A stretch of DNA of 64,000 nt. Origin: Lama guanicoe (Eukaryota). Below the pieces are notes generated by a model. That model saw only the letters and a list, made by a program, of their open reading frames with translations, ran no database searches and was not told the origin of the DNA. Positions within the stretch are counted from its first letter, which is position 1, and every line of letters starts with the position of its first letter. The stretch is taken from contig MU054204.1 in assembly GCA_013239625.1 (NCBI GenBank), forward strand, positions 272,879-336,878. Reading direction: 5' to 3'. Shown piece by piece: positions 63,570 to 64,000 of the stretch. The position numbers and the translations under genes are program-made.

Positions 63570-63830
63570 ATCCCAAAGTAATATATGTGTAATGTAGAAA
63601 ATTTTGAAATTTTGTATAAGTATAAGAAAATCAAAATGACCCTTAGTTCTGCCAGACAGAGATAACTACTTAGTGGTAAGATATTAGGATATTTTCACTC
63701 AGCCTTTAAAAAAAAATTAGCCACTAAGAAATGTTTTACTTGAAAAGGAATAAGAAAGTCAAAAGCACCCATAACCATATCACTTTAAAATTACATAAAG
63801 TACAAAGGAAAAGTCCCCCTTCTGTCCCTA
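63570..63830 (-). mobile_element. Very old L1 (L1ME-like) 3' remnant
   Basis: aaagtaatatatgtgtaatgtagaaaatttt..cagagataactact. Confidence 0.45.
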
Positions 63831-64000
63831 TAATGCCAGCTTCCAAAATAATGTCGGTGGAAACTTCCCTGAATTTCCTTAGCTTGTACAGATGAAGAGA
63901 TGATTATAATACAGTGTTACAATTTGTGTGTCCAGTGCTTGGCATGATGCTTTCCACTGAGGGAGCCACATGTCATCTTGTCTTTTAATATGTGAGTGCT

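Noticed and set aside
18143..64000. Further SHROOM4 exons
   Set aside because: I found no segment encoding the expected continuation (NAPVSRPHSWH-like). The next exon probably lies beyond the window, though a by-eye search could miss small exons.
1..64000. CRISPR arrays, operons or other prokaryotic-type systems
   Set aside because: The sequence is mammalian intron DNA, with no regularly spaced repeat-spacer arrays or dense ORFs.

Overview
Mammalian genomic DNA, most likely camelid given the vic-1-like tRNA-derived SINEs. The window lies inside the X-linked SHROOM4 gene (+ strand). The only coding sequence I can support is one 152-bp internal exon (17991-18142) encoding the C-terminal part of the PDZ domain. 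The rest is intron 1 and intron 2, packed with old and young L1 fragments, L2, MIR, MER5/MER58/Tigger-type DNA elements, SINEs, an ERV1-type solo LTR and microsatellites. None of the supplied long ORFs is a real gene. I found no new gene system. The most interesting structure is retrotransposon history: two parallel candidate L1 3'-transduction units, each led by a ~60-nt L1 stub truncated at almost the same point; a close copy of one transduced segment inside a young SINE 10.6 kb away; SINEs repeatedly split at their A-rich linker; and several local duplications. A perfect NFI palindrome, a CTCF-like site and a perfect hairpin also stand out. Repeat family names and boundaries were assigned by eye and are approximate.
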